64,000 nt of DNA from Antedon mediterranea (lineage: Eukaryota; Animalia; Echinodermata), in contig NC_092671.1 in assembly GCF_964355755.1 (NCBI RefSeq), forward strand, positions 35,598,304 to 35,662,303, read 5' to 3'. Position numbers and translations under genes: made by a program. The notes under the pieces were generated by a model. The model did no database searches. It was not told where the DNA came from and saw only the letters and a program-made list of their open reading frames with translations. Shown in pieces: positions 1 through 13,492 of the stretch. The first letter of the stretch is position 1. Each line of letters begins with the position of its first letter.

Positions 1-48
1 ACGTAATTACGGTTCCACTGTCTTAACCGCTTGGCCACTCACACACTC
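1..48 (-). mobile_element. 5' tRNA-derived head of a SINE, truncated by the window edge; same family as 60626-60924
   Basis: Reverse complement reads GAGTGTGTGAGTGGCCAAGCGGTTAAGACAGTGGAACC, containing a Pol III A-box (TGGCCAAGCGG). It matches the start of the SINE at 60626 (GAGTGAGTGAGTGGCCGAGCG). Confidence 0.7.
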
Positions 49-567
49 GTTTGATTATATTATTTTTACTAAATTTATGTTTCATAAATTTATTAGTTTA
101 ATAACTTGACCTTTGTGTTAGATGATACATATAAGCCCAAGAGTTCACGTTTATTTAATAAAGCTTTAGCCATAGTATTAATTTCATTGAAAACATCTAC
201 ATATCATCAAGGGGTCACGTACCATTTGGGTAATCTGGTAATACAATACTTGTATTACGCTAATACGAGTCTGTTACAATTTACTATAATCACGTGTCTT
301 GATTAACAGTTGTGGATCTAAAAGAAGTATGAGCCATCTTGAAACGCGTTTTGATATGGGAACGTGCACATCTAGAATGGGATTGGGGGATAGTTGTGTA
401 GACACGCGTCCAAACAATGTTTTTTCTATATATATTTAGGAAAATTGATAACCACAAGCGAATTCATTCACTATCCTTCTTGAAGGTGCCAATCCTGTTC
501 ACAAGACAAACGTATACACAACAAAGTCTTTGGGAGTGGAGTTATAACTTGTCATTAGAAAAAATCC

Positions 568-640
568 TGACAGGACTTGAACCAAGGGCCCTTGGGTGCC
601 TTGGGTTGGTAGCCAAGCATCATAACCACCAAGCAAGAAC
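568..640 (-). pseudogene. Degenerate tRNA-like sequence or SINE head
   Basis: The minus strand has an A-box-like GCTTGGTGG and a B-box GGTTCAAGTCC, with a short internal duplication (CCCAAGG twice). No clean cloverleaf. Confidence 0.35.
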
Positions 641-1739
641 TTCTTTTGTTGTTGTGAAAAAAACAAACAAATTCCCATGATAATTAATGTATGCACCATA
701 TTCAGCCAATCACAAAGCGGATATTACTTTCTATCTGCATAGTGATGAGCAGAAGGCGAAGTGAATATTGACTTGGCAATTCCATGTGAAATCATAACAC
801 GTATAATAACAACTAGCCAAAGGTCATTATACCGAGGCTTTGAAGCTTTGAAAATTGAATTATCTTGTTGTAACTCAACCCACTGGCTATTCAACGAGTA
901 ACTGACTTCAACCCAGGGGTTTAATTTACTTTATCGATTCAATTTATTATCGTGTTTATGAAGATTGACAAAGATAATTACGGCTGGTGTAACATACGGG
1001 AACTGCATTAGCAATTATTATCCAGTAATGTTATCGAACGAAAGCACATTAATGAAAATACACATACCTTTGTGTAGGCCTTGTCCAGTATGACAATTAC
1101 AAGAATGTTTTACCTGATAATTAACAAGAGATGTTTTTGAAGAAACAAAATTACCCACGTTCTAAATTTATTCATCCCTTAATCTGCAGTCATTTTAATT
1201 TATTATGGCGTGCTTTAATAACATTTTAATCGATACCGTATTAATATTAGCTCCACGTATTACTCTTCTTTTTGAAAGGCTTAATGATCCGTCATATACC
1301 TATATGTTTGTTTATTTTTGTATTTATTTTATTTAACAACAACAATTCTTTATACAAGATTACATTACACAATCAGCAGTAACAAGAAAACCTGTTATAT
1401 TGCACCGGTGTATATTGTTGATATGTGCTTTAGTGGAATCTCAATTTACACACGATATGCCAGCCAATGGTGATTATCAAGTATGGCCTTTAAGGTATGA
1501 CTATTATAGAAACCCTTATATGTTAAATTCAATGTTACATCAATACCACTACCGTACAATTGATAGAGTGCATTGACACACCACCTCCACTATCAAATTT
1601 GTTCAGTTTGCATCTACTAATCTTTTTAACATTTTTTCCTTAAATGTAATTGTTTGGAGATTAAGCTCACTTAGCTTTTCATTTTATGCTTTATAGGCTA
1701 ATTGTATTTTATCCATATTTTCTTTTTCTTTAATAAATT

Positions 1740-1912
1740 AAATTATAAGCTTATAATACTTTGACAATATAGTATTATTTAGGAAGTCCATGAAAGGGGA
1801 CATGTGGTTTCTATTCCATAAAATTAATTGAATTATAAGCTTGATACTACTTTAAACAAATATTATTATATATAGGAAGTCCATAAAAGGGGAATGTGGT
1901 TTCTATTCCATA
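1740..1912. repeat. Local tandem duplication, about 90 bp x2
   Basis: AATTATAAGCTT...AGGAAGTCCAT(G/A)AAAGGGGA(C)ATGTGGTTTCTATTCCATA occurs twice in succession. Confidence 0.8.
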
Positions 1913-2541
1913 ATATAAGGTTTCTATTTCATGTAGGCCTACATGAAATATGTTAAGTTACTGGTATTGCCAAACCCATTCACTAACACTGCTACTGGAA
2001 AAAAGTAAAAAGAGAAAGAAGAGGGCCAATATATGGTTTATCGCAAATAGCGATACATTATGGGAAGGAATTGGGAGCAATAAGCGCCACCGCCAGTATA
2101 TATTTTTTATTATACTTACTTATACATATTCATCATTTTTCTCAAACGGAAAGTACTGTTCTTTAATAGCGATTAATGGCGATAATGCCCTCTCATGAGA
2201 TTTGAACAGCATTTTGGTTACCCAATTTGACAATTAAGGATCACCTATCAATTTAATTTGTCATCATACACCTGCAAAATATCCAATGGCAAATCCGGTG
2301 CTTTGTAAATCTTTTAACTGTTTAGTTGATCAGTTCCAAGCTATACTTCCCCTGTAAAAATATAACCGCGCTCTACTTGTGATCTTACTCAATAAGGATG
2401 ATATAAGTTGAGGAAATTACTTTCAATTTATAGCATTTTACACTTAGCGACCTAATTACATTCATTAGTGGCCGTACGCACAATTGTACGATGAAACGGC
2501 CCCCAGTGAGCTGCCTATACATTATGGAAGAGACGAAACAG

Positions 2542-3060
2542 TTAAAGATATATTTTCCCCCTGAAAAAATAATTCCTAAAACATTTTTTTGTTGAATATG
2601 CCATTTTAATTAAATTTTTCTTGTTATTTATCTATTCATATTTTATTTATTTATTGACTACTTTTGAAACATTTATTATATATACTTTTTGAATTATTTT
2701 TTCTGGTGGAACTAGCCTTTAAGCTCTCTGGGCTTATTTATGTTTCTCCAGCATAAGTGTATTCTAATTAAAACTGTCATGTTATTTTACAATGATGTAT
2801 CTTATGAAAATAAAATTGAATTGAATTGACTGTCACATAATAGTTAGGCCTATCCACTTTGACAAAAATTGGATAGAAAAAAAAATGATGTACCTGAAAA
2901 AACTTTATTTTAAAGCAAAAAATAGTAAAATTAACTGCCAGCAAATATGTTTTTGGTTGAATTTAACCATTTATTTTGTCATTTTATAAGTGAAAACATA
3001 ATTATTTTTTCGTTTTTTCCTCTGAAAGTGATTAACTTTATTAAAACTACTAAATAACTA
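2542..3060 (+). mobile_element. Decayed, interrupted copy of the Kolobok-like TTAA element
   Basis: TTAAAGATATATTTTCCCCCTGAAAA, then TCCACTTTGACAAAAATTGGATAGAAAA...TACCTGAAAAAA, homologous to the 53392-53710 copy. The right end is approximate. Confidence 0.6.
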
Positions 3061-5730
3061 TTTCAAAGTCTGATTTATTTAATCTTTATTTTTCATGTCT
3101 TTAAATTGATACAATTGTCCTTTTATTTAATTAATGTTTATCTCACTGTACTGTACCTACTACAGTGTATGTATGACGGGGAATTAAAAACAGTAACAAT
3201 TGCTTTTTTGTTAATAATAGCAGTATTTACACAGTCCCATCTTATTTTATTTGATCGCCAAATATCCATAAATAAAGCAGCAAAAACAATTATGATTTGA
3301 TGACTTTAAAGTGTATCGACCTTTACATAAGTACTGTTTCTAAACACGATATTAAATTTAGCTAATTTAATTCAATAACAACGCCGTCTTCGAGAATCGA
3401 GATGTTCCGTAATATCCGCCCAAAACAACAACATTATTTAGTAAATCAATAAACAGTGAGCTGTTTTAAATAGGTTATGATATCGAGCACGCTAATATAA
3501 TACAATCTGTCAATTAAGTCATGTTGACGTGCGCGAATACTTTATTAAGTCCAGATCCACTGAACGTGAAATGCTGCCATCTCACTATTAAAATTACTGC
3601 AGTACTCGGTGGTGGTATCTGACGTCACGGAGTATCTCTCTTGCTACTAAAATGCTGCAGTGGAGAACAGATCAGGTCATGTTGAGTACAGGATGGAGAA
3701 AGAACATTCTTCATCCTAATAAAAACATCCCAAAACACACCATATTTAACTGCTGGTGTCAACTGTTCACCACCCAATTTTTGCAGCTGTCACTAGGCAG
3801 AGCCTAACAGACTATTGCAAGTCTACTAGATACATGTCTGACTGTGAGCACGTACATTTATTTAAGGCAAGCCAAGAGTGGTGGTTTCCATTATATTGGA
3901 TAATAAAAAGGAATCTGTATCTGTATTAAATGGAGGCTTTTGTTTTGATGTTACATTTTTATTCAAATGAAATTTATTTATTTGTTTTATTATTTGCTGG
4001 CCTATATATACTGGTGAATAAATGTGATAATAATAATAATAATAAATACTTTATTTTAACACGGAAAAGCTTGTGTCACCATAAAGGTGTTCTTCTACAA
4101 GGCCGTGATCAACTAACAGTAATACATTACAAATTTAACAATAACAAATTTTAAAAATAACAAATTAGAGAAAAAAAATATATGAACAGAAACCTTAATT
4201 ACATTTATGCTAAAAATACAAAATAAATAATAAATTACACCAATAAAATCGTGGAAATAATGTCACTTAATAATAATACAAACAATACTGTAATTGTGAG
4301 AGTTTTATCTTTAAAATATTATAATGATACTGCAGTTTGTCGACACTGCTTGCTGCCGAGTATAACTTAAATGGCCTAATTAAAAATACGATCATGGTTC
4401 CGGGGTGTTCACCGCAATTTGCTGATTAATTGACACTTCTCTGGTTGTCATTAAGCTCTTCTGTGACAATGATGTCAATTATTATCTGTGTTTATGATAG
4501 ATAGACTCATCATAAAACATTCGTGCCATTCGTAGCAACCGATCTATCTATATAAAATTCAGGTAGTTGTCTCCAGAAATTGACAACACAGAAATTTGTA
4601 ACTAATTGGTGACATCAATTTGAAAAAGTCAGCTCTGCTTGGCAACATGGATGTGAAACTGTGCCAGTTAATTGGAGTCAATATTGACTAATGGTTCATT
4701 AATAGCTTATTAGTGTTTAATTATTAATCCTGTTGGTAAATACCTGAGCTTATTGCTTGAAGATAGATAGATAGATCCTTGTTCATTTCCGCAGTGTAAA
4801 TACTGCTTGCATAAAGTAGGCTTAAAAGGCTCAGGATAGTAAACACTTTAACACTTTGTCTGCTAAACAGAGGTTTAAAATGTTAATAGAAAACTTTAAA
4901 AGGATAGTGCTCAATTAAATTATATTTATTTAGTAGTTGATTTTGGATAATGATAATATTCATGGCAGAAATGGTCAAAATTCAAAATATTATCAAGTTT
5001 TTTGTACCATGGGGCTTCTTAAAAAAAGTTCCATTTATTTATAGTGTACCAAACAAACTTGAATCATGGAGGAAATAAACTAAACTAAACTAAACTAAAC
5101 AGAAACACCTTACGTTTGCACAAAAAAAAGTCCATTGCATTTGTTGTTTTGTAACTATTCAAATAACAAAAAAAAAATCGTTGAAATAATGAATTATTTG
5201 AAATAATAATGTTCGGTATTCCTAGGGGCCCTTTAGCCGTTCGCATTGTTTGCATGTCATGTCGTGCTAAAATATTTACTGTCGTACGCATCAGGCCTAT
5301 GCATTACTCGCTCTATATGTTATTAATATTATTGAATATTGAAATGTCAATGTTACTGAATATCTTTGCTTACATGAACACCTGTTCTACAGACGACTAA
5401 TGATTTATGAGTGGATTTATTTCCCGCCAATTAATTTATTATTATAATCCCATGGGATTAAAAGTAATTTTCACCCAACTTCATTTCGCTAATTATAAAG
5501 TTTATTGTAAACTATAAAACAAACCTATTAGCATTTAGTTATGAAAACAACAATTCTGTTATGTTTCTATTTGTGACACTAAGTAGGCTGCAGTAGTAGT
5601 TGTTATACATCAAGAGTGAAAATATCTTATAAACTTCAAGAAAGAGGGATGCAGACGAGTAGTTTCAATAAGCAAATCTGGTGATGGATCGTCAAAATTA
5701 AAGTTAAAATTTAGAATGATAGTCGCCGAC

Positions 5731-5860
5731 GTATAACAGCCGGTAGTCTAGGTTCCGGAGTTTTGACTTAATATTAGTTAAAAGATAAATATTTTGGCAC
5801 ATATAGCGTTTAATAAGTGTATTACTTGAGCCTTGAAATAACTACAGATATGGGAAAACC
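5731..5860 (-). mobile_element. Interspersed repeat family G fragment (possibly Helentron/HINE-type); other copies at about 43826-44280, 52198-52412 and 58918-59047
   Basis: Shared core GAAACGCCATATGTGCCAAAATATTT(A/G)TCTTTT at four loci. Three copies carry a short TAGACTTG(N)nCAAGTCT hairpin at one end. The class assignment is inference. Confidence 0.6.
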
Positions 5861-6013
5861 AATACCAACCGGTTGATAAGCGATTTTTGTTTAGTCAGTC
5901 TTCAGAGCCGACCACAGCTCACCAAATGAATCATAAGCCTCCCCACTCCATTACCGTATGTGTGCCGTCTGAACTCCAAAAGAATGTTCGTACGTACACA
6001 TATGCGAGAGTAA

Positions 6014-6093
6014 AGCTCTGTCTACACATCAAACTAGTTTGACAAAAAAGTGTGATTTTTTGTCACATAAAGTTTGATAGTGTAGACAGAGCT
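6014..6093. mobile_element. PIF/Harbinger-type MITE family A, internally deleted copy
   Basis: TIRs AGCTCTGTCTACAC...GTGTAGACAGAGCT, preceded by TAA. Confidence 0.85.
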
Positions 6094-9000
6094 TTTAAAC
6101 AGACACAGCGTTTCCTCTCAGTACAAGTCATACGAATACAGTAGTTTGGGGATTCAAGATCCAAACTAGCTGCTTCCATTTTAATCTGCCCCTTTTTATT
6201 TAAAGTTGTCTACAATCTATTCTACCGTGACGTATACACTTTATATCTCATTATAGTTGTTATATAGTTTACATTGTAATCGATACGCTTGAATATAAGA
6301 ATATTGTAATGTTATTTCTGGTTATTGTCTATGATGATTTTTTTCAATACAACAGCTGCCTGTTAAACTATTAATTGCATCATAGAACTATCAATTTAAA
6401 TATACTTATAGAACCTAACCATCAATATTAAACTCGATGTGTGATGCAGCCTATACTTGCTTCTTCTAATCTTCTTAGCTATTTCACCATGATGTAGAGT
6501 ATCAAGTAGGTGCACGATTTATATAGTAAAATATTTGTTATAGGTTAAATAACTTAGGAGGAATAGACATAAACCCATTTACGAACATGTGTGCAAACAT
6601 CTGGACAAACACGTGGTTTTTAATGGTCTTTTGTAATGCTAATTCAGTTATAAATATTTTGATGTATCAATCAGAAATGACATTATTCTGCAAAATGTGC
6701 ATAAATCAGGCATTCATATTTTTTCTAAGCTCAACGTGACCTACATTTTGATTAGTTATTTTTAACTACCTGGTAATTTTAGAAAAGATACATAAAAAAT
6801 AAAAATAAATGTGTATAGCATTGTAAAAACGTAGATCTCGATCACACCAGCAGTGAAGTCAACTGATACTAACTATCCATCAATGAAGGCCATCTGTCTT
6901 TGGAAAAAGACGGCTACAAGAACAGTAACAATAGCATCTTCTAACTTCAAACCTAATAATTACACAACAACATTTGCTAGGAAACCTATATATTTTAACA
7001 AAAGGTTGCACATCACTATAGGTATTGAAAGTCATAAAAACAAAGAGATATAATATTAGCTGAATAATTGAAGCATGTTGTTTTTTTAATGTCTATGTAT
7101 ATTTTACGTTTAATTATTTGTTATATAATCTTGTTGTTTTCTTTCAAATTGTTTAAACTCTAAATCTTGAGGTATATGAGTGTCCTTTCCAAAAAATTCT
7201 AATAAAATGTAAGTACTTCACTCTCTTGCAATTTAAAAACACTTTTACATGAAATTTAATCTTTAATACACACTGTATACATTGTCATTAAAAGTACTAT
7301 AGTGTGATTGATTAAATGCTATTTTTTTGTGCCATAGATTAAACAAAAAAATGTTCAACTTCGTCGCTGATAGAAAACTATGCAACGACATGGATGATTG
7401 AACACAGTGAACGTACTGATATCAAGACGCCGATTCCCACTGAGATATTCGACTTGCACCTGAATGCTTCTAAAAACAAACGTTGCAAAGATCCTGTGTA
7501 CACATTTTCATAACAATATGTTTATTTTCTATTCGCGTGGTAAAGTTAGTGTTACAGTATTTCATAAGTGTAACGCTCTGACCTGAATATTTCTGTTGGC
7601 AACAGTTCTACCATGATTCAATTCAATTTAATCTTTTATTTTGGAATCTCTGGTCCAAAAAAAATAAACCAGGGAAGAGTTAATTAACTCAGGAAGAGTT
7701 AATTAACTCTTCCCCGAATAAACATACTGGGAGAAGGAACGCTAGTAGACCAAACCGAGTACCGTTTTGATTTCGATCATTCGGGAAATTTCCCCTCATG
7801 GAACAAACTTAAACAAACGAAAAAACATATGAGTGATTGAGTTATACAATATAACGTGCTATCATCTCGATACTATTCCATCTGACTTAACTCCATTATA
7901 ATATTTGTGATAATTCAATAAAATTGTCAATGTCATATTTCTGGTATCACTCCATTAAGGTCAATTTACATGGATAAGACGTACGCAGTTCTGACGGCCG
8001 GTTTGGCGGAAGTAGTTACAGGTTGTACGTGGACAAGCTCGGCGATTTTTTCCGCTTAACTTTACCGCCGTCTATGTAAAGTGGCCTTTATATTAGTTTT
8101 TCGTAAAACATGAACTCTATAGCTTCATATTCATCTAATCTAATGCACCATGTGATATAATATAACATTTCAGAAAACAAAACACACATTACAAATTGCC
8201 TCTTTTTCATGAAATGCCAAAAACGTCCTCTCCAACACCTGCTTGATGCCCGGATGTACTTTTTCTTAACGGTAAAACTCAACCGTCAACGAACATAAAT
8301 TGAAACAGTTAACTCGTTAGTGGCGGTGTTTCTAAAGGTACAAAATTAAATAATATACACTTTACAATTTAAAATTACCAAAGGTTCAACTGAGTGTATG
8401 GCACCGCGGGTGTACTTTTGCTATGATTGCTTTACGTTTATATATTAAAATGGAATGTTGTGAACTCAATTATTTAATAACATTCATGATATCATGTAAA
8501 TAGGCACTAAAGAGTATTTTGTGTAGGCGACAAACACTTAATATGCATTCCATAAAAATAAAATTTTTATTACAAGCCGTTTACAAAGACGATATGTCGT
8601 CTATTTAAATCGTAACTTGCATGTGACCTATACTTTGTCATGACCTGTTGTTACTGTTATACTGAGTTACTCATATTATAAGACGTGGAAATGAGAATCT
8701 ATGTAAACAACTTGCGTTTCACAGCATTAAGAATACAAACCTGGGAAAGAAAGTAAAGTTAATTCTTGATCAAGTAGTCAACGAAAGTCTTGTATCTAGA
8801 TCTCAACTGATCAGAAACAAATATATGATTGTTTAATATAGAATCTAATCACCTGCACAGTGGGGCGTAACGTAGATACCTTAGACCCCTGGTTTAGGAA
8901 CCCTAAGTGGCCATTTTGGGCTATTTTTAGCCTTTATCCCCCCATAAGCTCCGGGGCCTCTGGGTTTAACTAGCACCTGCAACCGTAGTGAAACTATTTT

Positions 9001-9429
9001 CCGACAGTAACAACGGTTTGTGCTGCTACATATTTGATTGTAAACAAACCGAAAACCCATTTAAGTAATCAGCGAGTTGTTGGCAGCCAGGACAAGACAG
9101 TGAATCTTTCTTGTATCAAAATGCATGTTTTTCATTTCGTCAGCATTAACAGTTTTGTTCAAGTGAGTTTTCCATCATTATTTCATCAGGTGTGATCGCC
9201 TAAATATTTGTAATCCATAAGAAAGTAGTATTCAAGAAAACAACACCAAACAATATAGGCTACCATTGCGTCCATGTTGATAAGGTGAGCATGGCGGTTA
9301 GTTTAAACCCATTCGTGCAGAGCGTGCAATCAGTGCTCCAACAAAACTCTATGCAGGTCTATGATCTAAACGTAGTGTAAAATGCTCAAACATTAGGCAT
9401 GTGTCCTTGAAATTAAATATTCTGTCTAA

Positions 9430-9610
9430 AGCCCTGTCTACACTATCAAACTTTATGTGACAAAAAATGTGATGTGCCCATACATGATGATGTCATATCA
9501 CTAAATCATATATTGGGCATATCACTACTATATTTGGGCATATCACTACCATATTTGGACACATCACACTTTTTTTTATCACATAACGTTTGATAGTGTA
9601 GGCATGAGCT
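9430..9610. mobile_element. MITE family A
   Basis: TAA|AGCCCTGTCTACACTATCAAAC ... GTTTGATAGTGTAGGCATGAGCT|TTA, with internal ATATCACTACCATATTTGGGC repeats. Confidence 0.85.
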
Positions 9611-10815
9611 TTAAGTATATGCTTTCACGTTTTTTTCTTCTTACGTATGAGTTTTGGGATCCCTTTGACCCGGAGGGAGAGTACCCGTCAGGGTCCCTAC
9701 CAAGGGTTACAAGTCTCAGGTTTTTAGTTTTTTAAAATTAATTAGTATTCCATGACCTTCTCATCAAAATTAATGCCTCTCATTGTTGTGCTATGTCAAA
9801 ATAATGTCAATGCAAACAAGTAACAAATAAATACTTTTAAACCAAAAAACACTGTTTTATGTGTATAGAATTTCCAAAAAGAAAACAATTGAATTTTATA
9901 AAGACTCTTACCGGTATATCATATTGTATGATTGTATTATGATTTGCGAAACAAGAGTAATATAATTATAATAATCAACAATAAAAAGTGCAACAGTCGA
10001 GAGATTGATCGCTTTATTCGTCTTAATTAAATGTTATTCATTAGAACAACAAATGATACATCTTTCTATAATCTACTTCAAATGAAATTGACGAACTACG
10101 GTAAATGATGAATTTCCGATCTGCGGAGTCGAATAGTCTTCCAATACGTCGCCGATGGCGGTAGTCGCGAGGTATATAGCAACTGTTCTTCTAATGTAGG
10201 TCATCTTAAGCGAACAATAATAATGCTATTGTTTAATCATACAGGTGAGAATGTTAATAACTGTTTCTTACATGTGGATATGTAGGCTACGCATCAAAGG
10301 TCTTTAGAACATTCAGCGTTCATTGTACTGTTACTATCAATTCATGATAATGTATTTATCCAGCAGCCGATATCTTGTTCTACTATGTGTTCTAAGAACA
10401 TGCACTTTTAATTGTTTTATGGGTCACGATCTTTTCATTTGTTTAATTGTTCAATTGTTTATTTTTCACAATAAATCAACATTTCGAAAAGGCGATGATG
10501 ATGACGATGGTTTAATTTGTTTTTTCGTGGAAGCTTTTATCGGTTTCCATGAAAAACATTTCATTTTCTATTATTATATTTTAATGATTATTATATATAT
10601 ACATGACATTCTAGTTTGTTTTCCGTTGAAGCTTTTACCGGTTTTCAAAATATCTTTTCTTTTATTAAATAATTTAATGATATACATGACACAAATTTTA
10701 AAGACGTCTTAAAAGACGTCATTAAATAACAACTTACAAAATACAAATACGAAGAAAATAATAATTAAAATTCCACTTTCTTCTTTGCTAATGCTACAAA
10801 ATATAATAAATATAA

Positions 10816-10930
10816 AGGTTGGTTCCCACTAGGATGAAACGCAAGAATGTAAGCGAGTAAGTGACCAATCACGACGCAGTGGATCGTCAGAACTGTCGCT
10901 TGTGATTGGTCAACTTAGTTGCGTTGCGCG
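10816..10930. mobile_element. Harbinger-type MITE family B, partial
   Basis: GGTTCCCACTAG...GACCAATCAC...GTGATTGGTC...GCGTTGCG, homologous to 39495-39675. The right TIR is missing. Confidence 0.7.
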
Positions 10931-10962
10931 TACGCCCACGGTAATTATGGGATTTCGGTAAT

Positions 10963-11015
10963 TAATAATAAGATTTATATAGCGCACATATCCACCAAAG
11001 TGCTCAAGGCGCTTG
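10963..11015 (-). mobile_element. 3' tail of an L2-type LINE or SINE
   Basis: The minus strand reads ACAAGCGCCTTGAGCAC...GTGCGCTATATAAATCTTATTATT, the typical L2-clade stem-loop tail. Confidence 0.55.
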
Positions 11016-11419
11016 TGAAAACCATGAAACATATTAACCTTAAATCTAAATAATTAATTGTTTGTTTTTTTCGGGCCGAAACATCCAAGCTTAAGCTTTA
11101 CTAAACTGGGACTGAGATGTTTTAATTTTATCCAGAACAAGAAGTATAGCATTATTTTGCTATACTGCCCTCTCCTTTCCTGTTTTTGATAGTTTTTCAT
11201 AGTTACACAATGTTGGTCAGTGCGTTGGTTGTAAAGGCAATGACCAAACTCAATCCAAAACCCGTAATCAAGTTAATGTAGGCCTAACACGAGAAATGAT
11301 TAAATAATCAAATTCAATTAGTAATAGTGCACCTATACATAATATGATATGTGTACTAATTAACCAGCTGGGCGCCAAGAGTTCACAAAGTTCACCTAGA
11401 AACTATACTTAGATCACCA

Positions 11420-11640
11420 TCATTATATTAATCATTGGTACCATTATTTCATCATCATCATTATCACTTCTGCAATCATCATTATCACTTCTGTAATCAT
11501 TATCACTTCCGTTATCACTATTTTCACAACACCATTTCCATTTCATCATCGTCATAACTTTCATCATATCACTATTTACACAATCGCCATTTCCATTATA
11601 ACTTTCATCATCATCATCATTATCGTCGTCGTCGTCGTCG

Positions 11641-11671
<31 letters not shown>

Positions 11672-11695
11672 CGTCATGATCACTTTCATCATCCA
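11420..11695. repeat. Imperfect (ATC/GTC)n microsatellite
   Basis: TCA/TCG triplet runs; they explain the poly-Asp ORF. Confidence 0.95.
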
Positions 11696-12054
11696 ATATA
11701 TTTAATAGGGTGCTTGTTACTTGTTTGGATATTGATTAATTTTTACGATGGCTTAAATGTATTTAAGAGTACATTTGTTAATTCTCTCTAACATTGGTTT
11801 ATGTTTGTATTTCAAATGTGAATATATAGTATATATTATGCTATTTGATTATAGATTCAATTCAGTTCAAATTTATTTCCTTTGTTTTGTTCTGATAAAA
11901 TTATACCAATAACAATATTAATGGCGTTAACATAGGAATATATAACGAGTACAGCCCCTATAACATAATAATAATTACAATGTTGATTCAACTTGTTATT
12001 GAAGGTTTTCATCGTTGTCAACTGAATAAAATAAATAAATCAATTATTTTCGTT

Positions 12055-12241
12055 CTCATCATCATCATCGTCGTCGTCGTCATGATCATCGTCATGATCG
12101 TCGTCGTCATCGTCGTCGTCATCATTACCATCATCATTATCATCATCATTATCGTTATCATCGCTATCATCGTCGTCATCGTCATCATCGTCATCATCAT
12201 CAACGTCATCATCCTCGTCAGCGTCTTCATCATTCATCATC
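12055..12241. repeat. (ATC/GTC)n microsatellite
   Basis: Triplet runs that give poly-I/V, poly-M/T and poly-D ORFs in different frames. Confidence 0.95.
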
Positions 12242-13365
12242 TTGTAAGAAGCAATAAATACTAAATGCAGCTATTTCGGGCATTCGATGAATCTTGTTGA
12301 TGCTAAGTTTTACTTAATTCTAAGTCGATTTGACAGTATCACTGTACTTTATCAACCAATTTATAGCGGCATTACCATTAAGTGATTTATAAATGATCGA
12401 TTTAGGCTATTCCTCGCTTATCCGAATAGCTCATCTTTGTTATAATGTTTATGCTAAGCTGTGCCATAAATTGTTTTTGAATTTTCAACGTACACAAGTG
12501 TTTATGAATCAGAAAATAGAATCTACAAAACCTTTTAGTTTCAAAAGCAAATTAACTAAAGCAATTGTTTAAGCTCGTTTGTTTGTGTTCCCGCACATTT
12601 TAAGATTACAGACTACAATTTTTGGAATCGTAAAACATCTTACGAGAAAGTAGCATTTGATTGACGTTCGGTTTGTAGAAGACAGCTGAAAAGACAGCTA
12701 ATGTAATAATCAAGCGAATGTCAGACGATTGTTGAAAATGCGTTGTTTCCTTTCTTAATCCAGAAATATGTCGCCCGAAAAGAACGGGTGTTTGGCCATC
12801 GATCGATGGAGTTTTGCCGGGATATTTGCTTGAAAAGATCACATAACAGATCGTTTGTTTATTCTATAGCAAAAATCGCTGCGTCCGCAACAAATCAATA
12901 TGGCAGAAATAGTATTAGTTTAAACAATTTCTATTTGCATCATAGTCTGTTGACCGATGAACTTATGTGTGGAAGTTTACAGGCATTATTTATTATTTCT
13001 GGAAAAAAATAATATTACGACACAGCGCATGTTCAAACTGAGATGGATTTCAATCCACCGCGCGTATTTGGATATTTTTAATTCAAATAAAAATGAAATG
13101 ATTTTATGGAGTTTTCATTTTCGGGTGAGTGTTTTATTATATAGGATAATTACGTCATATTAATTCATTGTGGAAATGAGTGGACATTTGAAGGTATATT
13201 AAATAAATTGTGCTTTCGGACAACGAATCAAAACCAAAAATTGTGTCACTCACTCCTGCTCCTTTCTCCGACTTTGTATGGCACGCCAAGCTGTCGTTTA
13301 TTCGGATATAAATATATCTTAGTTTAAAACTAAGATATCTCTATTTAAATAGATATCTCTATTAT

Positions 13366-13492
13366 CAAGGCCAACAGCCATAAGTCGCGTGCTAAAACGC
13401 ATAGTGATACCGGACCGACAGACAGACCGACAGACCGACAGACTGACCGACCGACATAGTGAACTATAGAGTCGCGTCCACGCGACTAAAAA
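13366..13492 (-). mobile_element. Short Helentron/DINE-1-like (HINE) element, family C
   Basis: The minus strand reads TTTTTAGTCGCGTGGACGCGACTCTATAG, then a (GTCG/GTCT)n tract, the sub-terminal repeat CACGCGACT and a terminal hairpin followed by GGCCTTG. Confidence 0.8.
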
